Below, piece after piece: positions 14,369-29,353 of a stretch of 64,000 nucleotides of DNA (position 1 is the first letter of the stretch; each line of letters opens with the position of its first letter). The position numbers and the translations under genes are program-made. The notes beneath the pieces are model-generated. The model searched no databases. It was not told the DNA's origin and saw only the letters and a program-made list of their open reading frames with translations. The DNA is from Eledone cirrhosa (taxonomy: Eukaryota): the NCBI GenBank assembly GCA_964016885.1, contig OZ024742.1, positions 230,702,001-230,766,000 on the forward strand. The letters run 5' to 3'.

Positions 14369-14979
14369 ACTACATCCTCTAACACTCGAAACAATGTGAA
14401 TAATCTACATCACTGTAGTCGGCCGGGTCAACGAATGTAATCCTACGCGATTATCCACCGTGCTAGATATAGCAACTGAATTTCTTCCAATCATGCCATA
14501 CTATCTTAAAATTTAATCGAAAAGAAACGATGTATAATATAGTTCTAGATAAATAAAAAGACGTGGTGATTAATCCTGAAACACTTGTGTCACAAGACTG
14601 CTCAATCCAAGCTGACCAAAAGTTCTTAAAAGTTATTCAAGTTATAACTAATTTGAATGGGCTCCTGTCGGTTTAAACGAGGAATGGTGTAGTTGAAACA
14701 GATACGTGTAAACTTAACATTACAATGGAGAGATTTAGCGTGATACTGTGAGTGACAAGGCAAGTCATTTGAATTATAAGTACAGTCTATCCTATAGGCT
14801 TTCAAACAGTTCCCATCTTTACAATTTCATTCACAACATACGAGTCTATTCCAGACTATGGTAAATAACACCCAATATGAAACATAGTGGAATCGAAACT
14901 GGGAGATAATTATTGTGAAGATAACCTATTGGTCATATAATAATGTTGTGTCCAATATAATTAAAGGATAAGTAACTAC

Positions 14980-15150
14980 TGGGTTGGCAGTATAGGTAGA
15001 GTCAGACACCAAGCTTCGTGGCATAGAGTTATGTCCCTTTACGTTCTGGGTTCAAATCCTGCCGAGGTTAGCTTTGTCTTTCATCGTTACGGGTGCCGAT
15101 GAAATAAAGTACCAGTAATACACTGGAGTAATTGCTAATCTTGTGCCAAT
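14980..15150 (+). mobile_element. Abundant tRNA-derived SINE, diverged copy
   Basis: ttggcagtat...gttcaaatcc...tttcatc...gtaccagta; same family as 31216-31402. Confidence 0.7.
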
Positions 15151-16000
15151 TATACTTGCATTATATTTTTAAGAATCTTTTCATTTGTGTTACAATAGAT
15201 GATTATGCATTTTCAATAAATCATGTTACTGAGATTGCTAGCACAGACATGGTTTAAACCCCACAGGTTTCTGGTTTCAGCCCGGCTGTGCGACATCTAC
15301 TGTAGCCAGGTTAATCAATGCCTTGTAAGTGGTGTTTGGTAGGTGAAATCTGCGGATGCCCGTCGCGTATATATTTTTTCCGTTTCGTATTCGTTGCTGT
15401 TGTTGTTACATGAAATAGCTGCCATTCCCCGGTCTATATATTATTCATAGTGTTTCCCCCGAACGTCGTAATGATTTCCTTCTGGTGGCAAGAATTAATT
15501 CATTTCTCGCATCATACTGTCTCGAGAAAAATAAAACGTCGGCGTGAAGAGATTATGAATATATTTGCTTATGTGACTATTATAAATCGTATACATATTC
15601 TAACTACAATATATATTGTTCAATCATAGGCAATACTTAATTATTTATGACACTTCATCAGAAAGCCTATAGTAGTGGAATTCAACTGTTCACCGTGAAG
15701 TAGATTTCAGTAATGAGATTTTCGTTTAAGAAAATGTAAATAATTTAAGAATAGCATGAAATACAGTCAGTTAGTGTGATAGAAGAGAAGAGAGGGAGTT
15801 GTGTAAAGAGTTCAACACTATCAAATCGGGTGCTGTGATTTGGAACAATTATTCTTTGACCGTTGTTATAGGTAAAGGTTTTGTTTTTTACCATATATGG
15901 GGGTATAGAAGGTATAAAGAGAGGGACAGAGAAAGATATGGTAGAGATTCAGGGTAGGCTAGATTGAATGAGAAGGAAAGGAATATATATATATGTGTGT

Positions 16001-16048
<48 letters not shown>

Positions 16049-16355
16049 TAAACGGAATAGAAAATGCTGACAATTGTTCACAGTTGAAAAATGGTTTAAT
16101 TAGGAATAAAAGAGTATTAGCGATTGTATGGGTTAGTATTCAGTTGTGGTTTTAAGTTTTTAAGTTTTTACCGGTTGCGCATTTCTAAATGCTTTTCAAA
16201 AATAATTTTGAGATAGAGTGTCCGTGCTGTTTGCTCTGATCTGATTAGTTTTGGGAATTCTACCTGTTTTTATATCACAATAAATTAACGGAGCCACAGA
16301 CTCTCGCTAATCCCTATCAGTAATGTGCTCAAAGGAGAAGGAATCCCGAGCCCTT

Positions 16356-16613
16356 TATAATACAATATGTAGACAAGATAACACACTAGAGAGATAGTGC
16401 GCCATCAGTCAAACAGGGAAAAACCACCAGTGTATGGAATCTATAGCCTATGAAAAGCAGAGCAGACACACAATAATTAAAAGTATAAATTAAAGTGTAA
16501 ATACATACCTCGATAAATATCGAGGCTATAGATTCCATACACTGGTGGTTTTTCCCTGTTTGACTGATGGCGCACTATCTCTCTCTCTAGTGTGTTATCT
16601 TGTCTACATATTG

Positions 16614-16620
<7 letters not shown>
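16356..16620. repeat. Inverted repeat, ~95-bp arms, abutting (TA)n
   Basis: 16356-16449 is the reverse complement of 16523-16620 apart from a (TC) length difference. Confidence 0.85.
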
Positions 16621-16681
<61 letters not shown>

Positions 16682-16692
16682 TTATATATATA

Positions 16693-16907
16693 TAGAAGTG
16701 GCTACACAACAGTTAGTTCACCATACTTAGAACAATTGTTTCACCTTAGCGGGTCCTCAGCTGGTAATGGACCCGTTACGAGCTGAGGATCCGCTAAGGT
16801 GAATTGTTCTCGGTGTGGTGAACTAACTGTTGTGTAACCACTTCTACCTAACTCGTCCCATGGACTGAGTGCTCTACCACTACGGATATTACTTTCCAGT
16901 GTTCTAC

Positions 16908-16910
<3 letters not shown>
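16693..16910 (+). mobile_element. Hammerhead element family D, inverted copy with two ribozyme cores
   Basis: Arms 16693-16766 and 16776-16846; homologous to 35048-35203; flanked by (TA)n. Confidence 0.75.
16725..16766 (-). ncRNA. Minimal type I hammerhead
   Basis: accag CTGAGGA cccgctaaggt GAAA CAATTG TT ctaagt; palindromic helix III. The plus arm (16778-16814) has helix I cgag/ctcg but a 4-nt deletion after GAA. Confidence 0.7.
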
Positions 16911-16963
<53 letters not shown>

Positions 16964-17108
16964 CACAATAATCAAAACTATGTTCAAATCATTTTATTGT
17001 TGTCATCGGAGCACTAGCAAAGTTTTTCTTACTGGTAATAAGGCAGTAATGAGTTACTGACCTTTCCTGTTTATAGTTATATATAATTTATATATAACTA
17101 TAAATAAT

Positions 17109-17889
<781 letters not shown>

Positions 17890-17900
17890 ATATATATATA

Positions 17901-18779
<879 letters not shown>

Positions 18780-20421
18780 TATCATAGCTGGAATCTCTTT
18801 GGCCAATTTCAGAAAGCCTAGCTCGAGTATACTCAACAACAGTTTCACAAGATTCAGCATTTTCAATAAATGTTAATACTGTTATCGTTTATGGAAATCT
18901 CCTTTCAATCTTTCTTCCAGAAATAATCATTTCTAAAATAAATACAAATTTGAGTGTGGAGAGATTAGTATATTAAATCGACCACAATATTTCACTGGTA
19001 CTAAATTTTATCCTATTCGCAGAAGGATGAATCTAGATATTGCAAAGCATTTTATCGGTCACCTTAAAGAGTATTACATTTATTATGGCTAGAGGCGACT
19101 GCATCTTGTTGTTCAGATAAAGTAAATTCCTTTAACGTTTGTAGAAAGTTTCTGAAAACTTCAGGTATATTTCTCGCTCTTCATATCAAGATATAAATGC
19201 GTGACTAAGAATTCAATAATATATATCTCTCTCCCAATCTCTATCTCCCCTCTTTTCTCTTTCTCTCTTATCTCTCTCCCTCTCACTCTCCATTTACTCT
19301 TCTCACTCTGTCTCCCTAACTCTATCTCCCCTTTTTTCTCTCTCACTCTCCTATCGCCACCTCTCTATCCAGTGTAGTAATTAACCATTACTGCATCCAG
19401 GATAATCCTATACCTAATATATATATATATATATATGTATATATATGCACACACACATATGGAGATATAAAAGATACAGAAGAAGCGAAAACAAACCAAA
19501 CAGTGAGTGTGTTCTGTAATTATTTCTGGCAATATTATTACAACAATATGACCCTCCCCAAGTATAACAATACATATATATATATATATATATATTTATA
19601 TATGAATCCCTTTCTCTTTTTTGATATCCCAATCTCTCCCACTCTCCATCCTTTCCCCTGTCTTTCTGCCTACACCCCATACTCTTATTCTGTTTTCTCT
19701 GTGGAGGAGAGCGTTACCCTTAAGCAGAAGATTTGCTCTGAATAGTGTGTCTGTCCCACATTCATCTCCATATTGAAACCATTCTCTTCATAACAGCATC
19801 CAGATCCCTTCGGAGATTTCAAAACTGTCATATCATTACTTGAATATATTCAAATATTCCTCTTCTCCTATATCGGAGATCATGAGACTATGCAACAACA
19901 ACAAAAATAAACAAGAAAAAAATATAAATAATCAATAATAATTAATCAATTTGAAAAGAGCAAAAAATGAAAATATTATTTATATTTATATTTACTTCGG
20001 CTACTAAATTAGTAACCGGAATATTTATGTAATAAAACAAAATCAATATTTCAGGACTTTGTGACGTTTCAGCTGTCATAAAAGAGAGCCGCTAAATTCT
20101 AACTGCTTTATATGAAATGGGTGAGATAATCTCGTGTCTGGCAAAACTTAAATCTGCTATTTCCATTATGTAATGTTCACCATGAAACACTCTTTCGTAC
20201 TAATCATGTTTCAATTGAGCTGTCAAAATATAATAGCAAGCTGATCAATTAGATGCCCGATTTGACATCTCTCATTCGCGGTTTTTACTTTTTCTCTTTG
20301 ATTTTATGCTACGTACGAAATGGATGTTTGTTCTTTTTATACTGCTGTAATTTATATATAAGTGTATATATGTATGAACCTAAATATGTACATTTATTCT
20401 TACACTATTTGTATGTGTAAG

Positions 20422-20492
<71 letters not shown>

Positions 20493-20554
20493 TTATATAC
20501 TTATATATATATACATACATATATATATATGAGTGTGTGAGTGTGTGTGTGTGT

Positions 20555-20663
20555 ATCCCAGGTTCAATCGGGGGTAATCACAGTAAGTAAGGTACTCAGT
20601 ACATAGCAGAGTATAAATATTTAATATAGAAAAGGCTTCTACAGGACTAGAACTGTTTCATTC
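20555..20663 (-). mobile_element. Hammerhead element family E, 3' half
   Basis: Reverse complement of 54799-54910; contains GAAA CAG ttctagtc CTG TA gaagcc. Confidence 0.7.
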
Positions 20664-21134
20664 ATTTGTTTGCATTCTTAACATGGTGGATACCTAAATG
20701 TATTCGTGAGTGATTAATAATATAATGTGATAATATTATTCATGAAGTTGTTTGCAAGCAGTCAACCTCGTGAACACCATGTGTGTTTTCTAGATGACAA
20801 CGTCATTCATTTGTTCCAGTGGTAGCTGAATGAAAACAATCGACAATTGTTTCGGTGTTATTGCTCCTTATCGAAATTGTGCATTCTCTCGTCACTGCTA
20901 CGCGCTGGAACTGCTGAAAATACATAGTATTCTTAAATGCATACATCAGCTGATTAGCCTTATTTGCATACGATCGATTTTACAGTTGCTCTGCCAAAAA
21001 TTTAAAACAAAACTTTTTTCATCCTTTGCATGGTGGATACCTAAATGTATTCGGCAGTGAATAACAATATTATTATAATATTATCATAACATTATAAATA
21101 TTCAGTTTATTTACAAAAGCAAACAGCCTCTTGA

Positions 21135-21258
21135 ACTCGGCTCGTCTCGCTTGGAGACGGTTGCTTCTGACAGAACTCGCTGGCGGCAGTTTTTAAGGAC
21201 TTTACCTCCACGGCTTTCTCAAGAAGAAGAAGAAGAAGAAGAAGAAGAAGAAGAAGAA
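21135..21258 (+). mobile_element. RTE-like LINE extreme 3' end with (GAA)n tail
   Basis: Encodes LETVASDRTRWRQFL (A-x-DR-x-x-WR terminal motif), followed by (GAA)n. Confidence 0.55.
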
Positions 21259-21729
21259 TATTCGGTCTTAACCTAAATTAAATATATGTGTATGTGTGCG
21301 TGTGTGTATTGAACAATGCAAATAAAACAAAAGTCCCCAGCATAGCCTCAGCCGGATGGCTGGAACGGGTAAAAGAGTATAGGTCCTTAATTAATTCATT
21401 GTTTTACGATCGTTTCAGAGGGTTTCTTCATCATGGTAAATCTATATATTGACTAATAAATAGTTGTTATACCTATTCAAGTCTCGATATACTAAATCCT
21501 TCTCATTGTCTTCCTTAGAAACAATGAACTTTAATTTGTATTTGCGAGATATATAAGGAGACTTAAATGTGCTACTCGGATATCCCTACCGATAGATTTA
21601 AATAAGTAAATGCAGATGGATGCATAAATATATGATAAAGAAATAGAAGCAGAAGGATAATCAGAAGAAACAAAGACAAGGAGTAGAGAAAGTGGGTGGA
21701 AATATGCGAAAAAATGTAATAGAGAATAA

Positions 21730-22215
21730 TGGTTTCTTATATAGCACAAGCCAAGCAATTTTAGAAGGGAGGGAAATGTCAATTAAATCGACCCCAGTGC
21801 GTGACTGGTGCTTTATTTTATTGAACCCCGTAAGGTTGAAAGGCAAGGTTAACGTCGGCGGGATTTGAACTCATGACGTAAAGGGCCGTAACTCTATGTT
21901 GCAAAACATGGTGTCCGACCCTCTACCGATACTGACAATTCACCACCCTTGTAATAGAGAATAATAAAACATACGTAGGAATAGAAACTATTATAATGAT
22001 TTCTGATTTAAGCACAAGGTCAACAATTTCGAGGAGAGGGGAAAGTCGATTAAATCGAACCGAGTGTGTTACTGGTGCTTTATTTTATCGACCCCGTAAG
22101 AATGGAAGGGAAAGCTAAACTTGGCGGATTTGAGCTTAGAACGTAAAGAGTTGTAACTCTATGCTTCAAAGCATGTTGTCCGACGCACTGCTGATTCTGT
22201 CAATCCACCGCCCTT
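21730..22215 (-). mobile_element. Two consecutive copies of the abundant tRNA-SINE
   Basis: Each has gcacaag...tggtgctttatttta...accccgtaag...ggcgg(g)atttga; copies at ~21730-21950 and ~22000-22215. Confidence 0.8.
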
Positions 22216-22574
22216 ATAGAAACTGATATAATAACATAAACACATAAACAATAGTATAATGGATGAGGGACGAGGTAAATTATAGGGACGCTTTTAGATG
22301 TATAAAACAATTAGTGAGTCAAGAAATAAAAATGTATTTCAACTGCGTGACTGATGTCAGCCATGTATCCCAACTACCACTCGTCTGAAAAGGTAAAGTC
22401 CCATAAAAGATATTCTGATTCGTGTGGCTGTGGACGATATGATATGTGATTGTAAAGGTTGTTGATTTAATTAATTAATCAATTAATCTGTAAATTATTA
22501 TTAATGTTTGCGATTGCATTTCGATCGAAACGGACGTAGAAATTAATAAAATGACCATAAGCACTCCAACACTG

Positions 22575-22760
22575 ATTAGGTAGTTATATCGGTAGAGCGT
22601 CAGATACGATTTTTGCACCATAGAGTCATGGCCCTTTACATTCTGAGTCAAATCCCGCCGAGGTAAATATTGTCTTTCATCCTTACGGGGTCAATAAAAT
22701 AAAGCACTAGTAATGCACTGGGGTAATTGCTGGCCTTGTGCCAATGGTAGAAACAATTAT
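22575..22760 (+). mobile_element. Abundant tRNA-SINE copy
   Basis: caaatcccgccgagg...tttcatccttacggggtc...ggccttgtgcc. Confidence 0.75.
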
Positions 22761-23439
22761 AAGTATATTTAGAATACGTTAGCATAGCCTCGAGTTTTCC
22801 CGCCTCTTGTGAGAAAGATTGTGTAGATTGATACTGTAGTTAGATAGTTCATATAATTGAAATGTTCATATTGGGTCACTAAATCTCCTCAAGAAGTCTG
22901 TGGAATACTTTGCAAGTTACACGCTATGTTTCTTTCAAATCTATGCCACTATGTGGTTAACTTCCGATTTCTATGTAGGCTTTGTATAATCTACCTCTGT
23001 GTTAGAGGTAGTTTTGTCATTTTACGTCTGTTCTATCAGCAAAGTCAACTCTTAATATTTCAACAGACATTCTTCCAAAGTAAGAGATCTGGAATAAAAA
23101 TCACAAAGCATCTCGTCCGACGCTTTAACAGTTCCGCCAATCCAGAGCTCCTGTGTTGTTTATCGATCTCGCAATATGGAAAAAGGCAAACTTGATCTCG
23201 TGGATATTTGAAGCCAGCATAGAGAACCGGTACAAATGCTGCAAAATATCCAGTCTGACACGGTAACACTTCCGTTAAAACACCCACTCGAAACTCGTAT
23301 TTATTCATCGACCTTGAAAAAGTGAAAGGAAGAGATAACTTCGTCGGCATTTGAACACGGAGTACGTAGAGATCGATACCAAATAGCAATGCATTTAATC
23401 TAACGAATCTGCTATTTTTTAAGTCCTGTGGGTGTCTTT

Positions 23440-23499
<60 letters not shown>

Positions 23500-24233
23500 C
23501 CTCCCTCCCTCTCTCTTTCTCTCTCTCTCTCTCTCTCTGCATATATATATATGGTCTCGAATTTACGCAAAAGGCCACCAACTTGGAAGGAGAAGAAAGT
23601 TGATTAAATTGACCCAAATACTTGAGTGATATATTATTTTCTCCGCCCTAGAAAGCTTCGTAAGATTTTGAACTCAAAGCTCATAGAGCCGGAAAAATAC
23701 CACATATCATTTAATTCGCCGCTCTAACGACTTGCCAATTTGCTACATCTCGAAAGTATAGTCGATTAAACAGACCGCAGTAGTTAACAGGTACTTTATA
23801 TTCCCGACCGCAGAAGGATGAATGGCAAAGACGCCCTAATCGTGATTCGAAAAAATACCACGAAGTATTTAATCTTGCGCTCTAACAACTAAACTATTTT
23901 ATCAGCATCTCGAAATATATTTTACCAGAAATGTAAAGATATATTCTTAAACTTAATTAACGGTTACTTCACCTGAAAAAAAAATACGAATTAATATTTT
24001 TTTTTTTTTCTTTTGCTTTTCATCAAATAATAGCAACTACAATAGTGTAAACAAACTATTTTAGGAGTAGGAGATATAAATCAATATCCTATTTTCCCTC
24101 TCTACTATATGTGGAACAGTAGGTCTAGCTAAAAAAAAATCAATTTTATACTTATCCTTAACGTTTTACCGACATATTTAGGTAAGATTCTCACACACAT
24201 ACACATACTTAAACACAAAAACTCTCTCTCTCT

Positions 24234-24284
<51 letters not shown>

Positions 24285-25223
24285 GCATAAATATATATAT
24301 TAACATACATACATATATATATTTACAGATATGTAGACATATCCATATATATATATGTACATATATATATATGAATATATAGATATACATATATACACAT
24401 ATGCATATATACATATATATCTACATATGCATATATATATATATATATATATACACATATGCATATATACATATATATCTACATATGCATATATATATAC
24501 ATATATATATATATATACGTACATATATATATATACATGTATATGTATACATGCATATTTATATTTATATATATGTGTGTGTGTAGGTATATATATATAT
24601 ATATTTATCTATGTGAGTGAATTTTGTTAATGTATAACACCAAAGTAGTGCAATGAGGTTTACTACTTATGAATAAAGATATGAGTACGTCTAACCTTTT
24701 ATATGAATATGTTATACAATTTTTTTCTCTTTGAAAAACTTGTAACTTTACAGGCGTAACATTACATTAGATTTATCTTTCTATAAATATTATAATATAA
24801 TCACTTTTTTTAGATCTTTGCCACCTACTCAATGTCCGACCTTCTGTACTCCATCTAGAGCAACAAGGAATTAAGCTCATCTTGGCATCGCCATGTCGAA
24901 GGAATTTCATGTTGAAATAATTGTTTCTACTTTTGACACAAGGGCAGCAATTAACCAGTGTATTAACTGGTACTTTATTTTATCGACCCCGTAAGGATGA
25001 ATGGCAAAGTTAACATCGAAGGAAAAGAAAAGTCCCACTTCAGTTACATCTGACTATTGGATTTGCACCCATGACTGACTAACCTTGGAGCTTGCCTCCC
25101 CGAATGCAAGGCGTTTTATGGAAGACCCACTTTCATTTATATATGCTAGACTCACCACTTCATGCAACTGAGGAAAGGCAAAAGCTGATACAGCTCGGCA
25201 CGAATATCGTCGCGACTCATATA

Positions 25224-25308
<85 letters not shown>

Positions 25309-26208
25309 TGTATATTTACTGTATACACTATACATGATGTTGTTTAAGAGAAAGGCAAATGGTCACACTAGCATTTTGCCAGCTGTGTAAACTAGAGTAA
25401 CATGAAAAAGTGCCTTGATCAAGGAAATAACGTGACGCCAGATCCGGGAACCAAACTGACCACTTTACGATCATGAGCCCAATACGATAACCTTTAAGCC
25501 ACGCGCCTTCACTAATCGAAAGAATAATGGCTATAACTCTACATTTCAGAAGTTCTGAACCGTTATTAGTGAAAATGTTAATTTATACACGTTTAAAGTG
25601 TAACGCACAATGTGTTTCAATAAGTTTAACTGACGCATGTTTACTGCTTAACTAACAATACTGAATCGTCAACTGACGTTTATAATGAATATTTGTAGTT
25701 ATGTCCTTCAACATCGAATAACACTGTAAGATTATAATGATAATTGTTATTTCGACGTCATAGATCGATGAAAAGGCTATGGAGTTAGAGCGTGGGACAA
25801 AATGTCTTTCACCCATCTGACGTCAATAAATTATAAAGTCATTGAATTACTGGAGTCTATTTAATCGTGTTTCCCATGTCAATTTGAAACCTTTATTCCG
25901 TGTTGTACTTGTCTACCAAGTTGATTCGAGACTGTTTCGATGGAATCATTTAAGCCATTGAAAATAGATACAAAACATGTGCAATTTACATTTGTTTTGA
26001 GATATCAAAATATTCCTGCCATTATCTACGACCTGGGTTTATTTTAGCATATTTAAGGAGTTTTCCACGTTGAAATAGCATTAATTCCAAATTCAATCTT
26101 TTTTGATAGATCAGTTTGTGTTGATAACCAATCCTATATATACACACATACATAGACACATACAAAAACACCCAATATATATACACACACATATATATAT
26201 ATATATAT

Positions 26209-26312
<104 letters not shown>

Positions 26313-26432
26313 GTGTGTGTGTGTGTGTGTGTACGCATACTGGGTTTCAGAATAATGTTTACAACTTTAAATCATTTTAAGTCTTGGTAAAATTTTTCCA
26401 CAATTTGACCAAATAATATTGCTATACTTATG

Positions 26433-27075
26433 TTTGGTGCCTGGCTCCATGACCTTCCCTCCTTCTCCGTTGGCATGCAGCTAGACAACCATAGCCTCCG
26501 CATCGGCGTTTCCCTGAGGCTCGGCCTCCGGATCTGCCAGCTACACCCATGTCGCTGCGGTTCCACCGTCGACTCTTTCGGCCTCCACCCGCTTTCCTGT
26601 CGCCACAGTGTCGACCGCATTCCACGCCATGCTGCCCTCAACGAGGTCATTAAGCATAGCTTGGACGCTGCAGACTTCCCAGCTCGAGCCGGGGGGGCTG
26701 GATCGAGGGGACGGCAAAAGGCCAGATAGCATGACCATCTTCCCGTTCCGTGGTGACAAACCCCTCGTCTGGGATGCCACTTGCACCGAAATTTCTGCAG
26801 TCGCAACCTGGTGCAGTCTGCGACTGACCCAGGTTCGGCTGCACGTCGGGCTGAGGGGGCCAAACTCCTCAAATACCGGTCGCTCTCCGACAGGTTTGCG
26901 GTTGTACCCCTGGCAGTGGAGACTTCTGGTGTCCTCGGCCCCAGGGCTACCTCCTTACTCACCACAATAAGCGCTGAGCTGGCCAGCCGCAGGTGTGAGC
27001 CCCGCGAGTTGGAGTGGCATTCCAGCGCGTCTCCCTTGCCGTCCTCCGGGGAAACGCTTTCTCCATTATGTCCGC
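26433..27075 (+). pseudogene. CRE-type non-LTR retrotransposon C-terminus (zinc knuckle + restriction-like endonuclease), frameshifted
   Basis: Across three frames: GAWL...LRLG...CRCG...H.LSC...RHAALN; GKRPDSMTIFPF...LVWDAT; AE..K..KY...F..LAVETSG..G; RGNA. GC-rich island. Confidence 0.8.
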
Positions 27076-27402
27076 CGGGGCTGGAGGTGGGCCGCATCGC
27101 GTACGGTTGTAGTTGTTGTAGAAGTAACAGGAAGACAACTGGAAAGTTTGATTTTCTACTTTATCATTTACTTCTGCACTGAAATATATACATACATATA
27201 AGAAAAAGATATAGAGACCGATATAAAATTCCCCTACAATCTTGCTTGTTGTCTTTCTTTATCATCTTCGCCCACTTATTCGTTATATATATATATATAT
27301 ATAGTCCCCCCCCTCCCCCCCACACACACACACTCTCAAAAGCGTGAAACTAATAAACTAGCTTTTGTACTGCCTCTCTGTTTTTTGTTCCTGTCTAATA
27401 TT

Positions 27403-27439
<37 letters not shown>

Positions 27440-27443
<4 letters not shown>

Positions 27444-27672
27444 TAAAATAACAGATTAAAGTTTAAGCATGGAATCACTGCTTTCACCCTTAACGGGATC
27501 TTCTGAAACTAACAAAGTCAATCTGTAAACGCAGAACCGTTAAGGGTGAAAGCAGCGATTCTTTGCTTAAACTTTAATCTGTTATCTTAATAAATATTTG
27601 CTCTACGGTTCTTATATATTTGATATATATTTATCCTTATCGAGCCCTCTTTGGATTTTAGTCTTCAAATTT
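27440..27672 (+). mobile_element. Hammerhead element family F, inverted copy
   Basis: Arms 27440-27496 and 27538-27594 are reverse complements; 3' tail shared with 48775-48890 and 5302-5370. Confidence 0.75.
27460..27510 (-). ncRNA. Type I hammerhead-like motif with variant core CAGAAGA
   Basis: agttt CAGAAGA tccc gttaa gggt GAAA GCA gtgattcca TGC TT aaact; helix I agttt/aaact intact. Confidence 0.65.
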
Positions 27673-27680
27673 ATTATTAT

Positions 27681-27746
<66 letters not shown>

Positions 27747-27774
27747 CATACATACATGCATATATTCATACATT

Positions 27775-28085
27775 ATAGCTGCAACTCGATTTCGTGTAAT
27801 TCCATCGCTTGGAACATCACGGACGTGGCTTCATAGTCATGCTAGGGACTTACAGATGGCCAGTAATACTATGCATTACAAAGAGATCAAGCGATGCCTG
27901 TGCTTGAAGCTTTTTGAAATGAGGAAAGGCTTTGCACTGAGCCAATCCCACTCTCTGAACACCGAATGCATTTGCCCAAAAAGAAGAATTGGTTTACATC
28001 ATTGGATGCAAACGAATTCGCAAGTTTTATATCAGAGTGACCTTATCCTAAAGAGATGTCTCAATGAAGACTAGAAATCTCTCGC
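27775..28085 (-). mobile_element. Old copy of the (TACA)-family RTE derivative
   Basis: Shares gaagctt, gcactgagccaatcccactctct, catcattgga and tatatcagagt blocks with the other copies. Confidence 0.55.
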
Positions 28086-28122
28086 TTAAAATACATACAT
28101 ATACATATCTATATATATACAT

Positions 28123-28182
<60 letters not shown>

Positions 28183-28184
<2 letters not shown>

Positions 28185-28369
28185 CAAAGGAAATGTTGTA
28201 AGGAAACAGATGGACCATAACGCACCAGAGTACTCAATGCTTAGGGTAGTAGAGTGGGAAATAGGAAAAAGTATGACCCCGACGGCAGAGCTCAAGCCGT
28301 TTCGACGGCTATTTCCAGAAATAGCCGTCGAAACGGCTTGAGCTCTGCCGTCGGGGTCATACTTTTTCC

Positions 28370-28372
<3 letters not shown>
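28183..28372 (-). mobile_element. Hammerhead element family G with perfect 55-bp fold-back
   Basis: 28261-28315 is the exact reverse complement of 28318-28372; contains GAAA CGGC ttgagctct GCCG TC ggggtc; inside (TA)n. Confidence 0.8.
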
Positions 28373-28448
<76 letters not shown>

Positions 28449-28456
28449 GATTCCTC

Positions 28457-28491
28457 CCGAATGAAACAGTTCTAGTCCTGTAGAAGCCATT

Positions 28492-28500
<9 letters not shown>
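28457..28500 (+). mobile_element. Family E fragment (hammerhead 3' half)
   Basis: cgaatGAAACAGttctagtcCTGTAgaagcc. Confidence 0.7.
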
Positions 28501-28553
<53 letters not shown>

Positions 28554-29105
28554 CTTTCAACTTATAAGGAAAATGTCCTCCGAATTCCAATCTGATTACT
28601 TAAAAGAAAGCAATGAACTGATTCTATAACATGTTGATAGGATGTGGTAGTGAACATCGATTTTCTGCTCGTGAATTCACAAATGTTTATCGAGTAGCTC
28701 AATACTCTATTAACGATAATTGAATATATTAGAAAGAATTGGTGATTTCTCGATTGAAGTATTGCTCCCGACCGCCCACTCTCTATTTCTAGTTCTAATT
28801 CTTCCTTCCTTTAATATTTCTGTATCTCTCTCTGCACCACTTTTTGTTGCTTACTCTTTCATTTTCGCCACCTCTAACGTTCTAATCTCTCTTCTGCTTT
28901 AATCAAGATACGATGATGAATGTAATGTGTGCCTCTAACTATGATATGTTGATACTTTTTTACGTCATTGCTTAAACAATATATCGGCATCTCTATATAT
29001 GGAAGCTTGCGTTCAACCACAGCCACTGCATATTATTAATGGACAAGCATACCACATACCATATGTCTCTTATGTAATTTATATCTGTGTTACATTACAT
29101 GCTAC

Positions 29106-29164
<59 letters not shown>

Positions 29165-29209
29165 GGCTACATATCTCTCCCTCTCTCTCTATATATATAT
29201 ACATATATA

Positions 29210-29273
<64 letters not shown>

Positions 29274-29307
29274 ATATACATATATATATGTACATATATA
29301 TATACAC

Positions 29308-29353
<46 letters not shown>

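Noticed and set aside
15645-15667. Isolated CTGANGA words (15655 minus, 41858 minus, 47923, 57110, 57388)
   Set aside because: No correctly placed GAAA/helix III/helix I; expected by chance.
20682-21053. 25-bp direct repeat catggtggatacctaaatgtattcg ~346 bp apart
   Set aside because: Looks like an old local duplication; no ribozyme, TIR or coding signal found between the copies.
26372-27097. 241-aa minus-strand ORF
   Set aside because: Antisense shadow of the GC-rich CRE fragment encoded on the plus strand.
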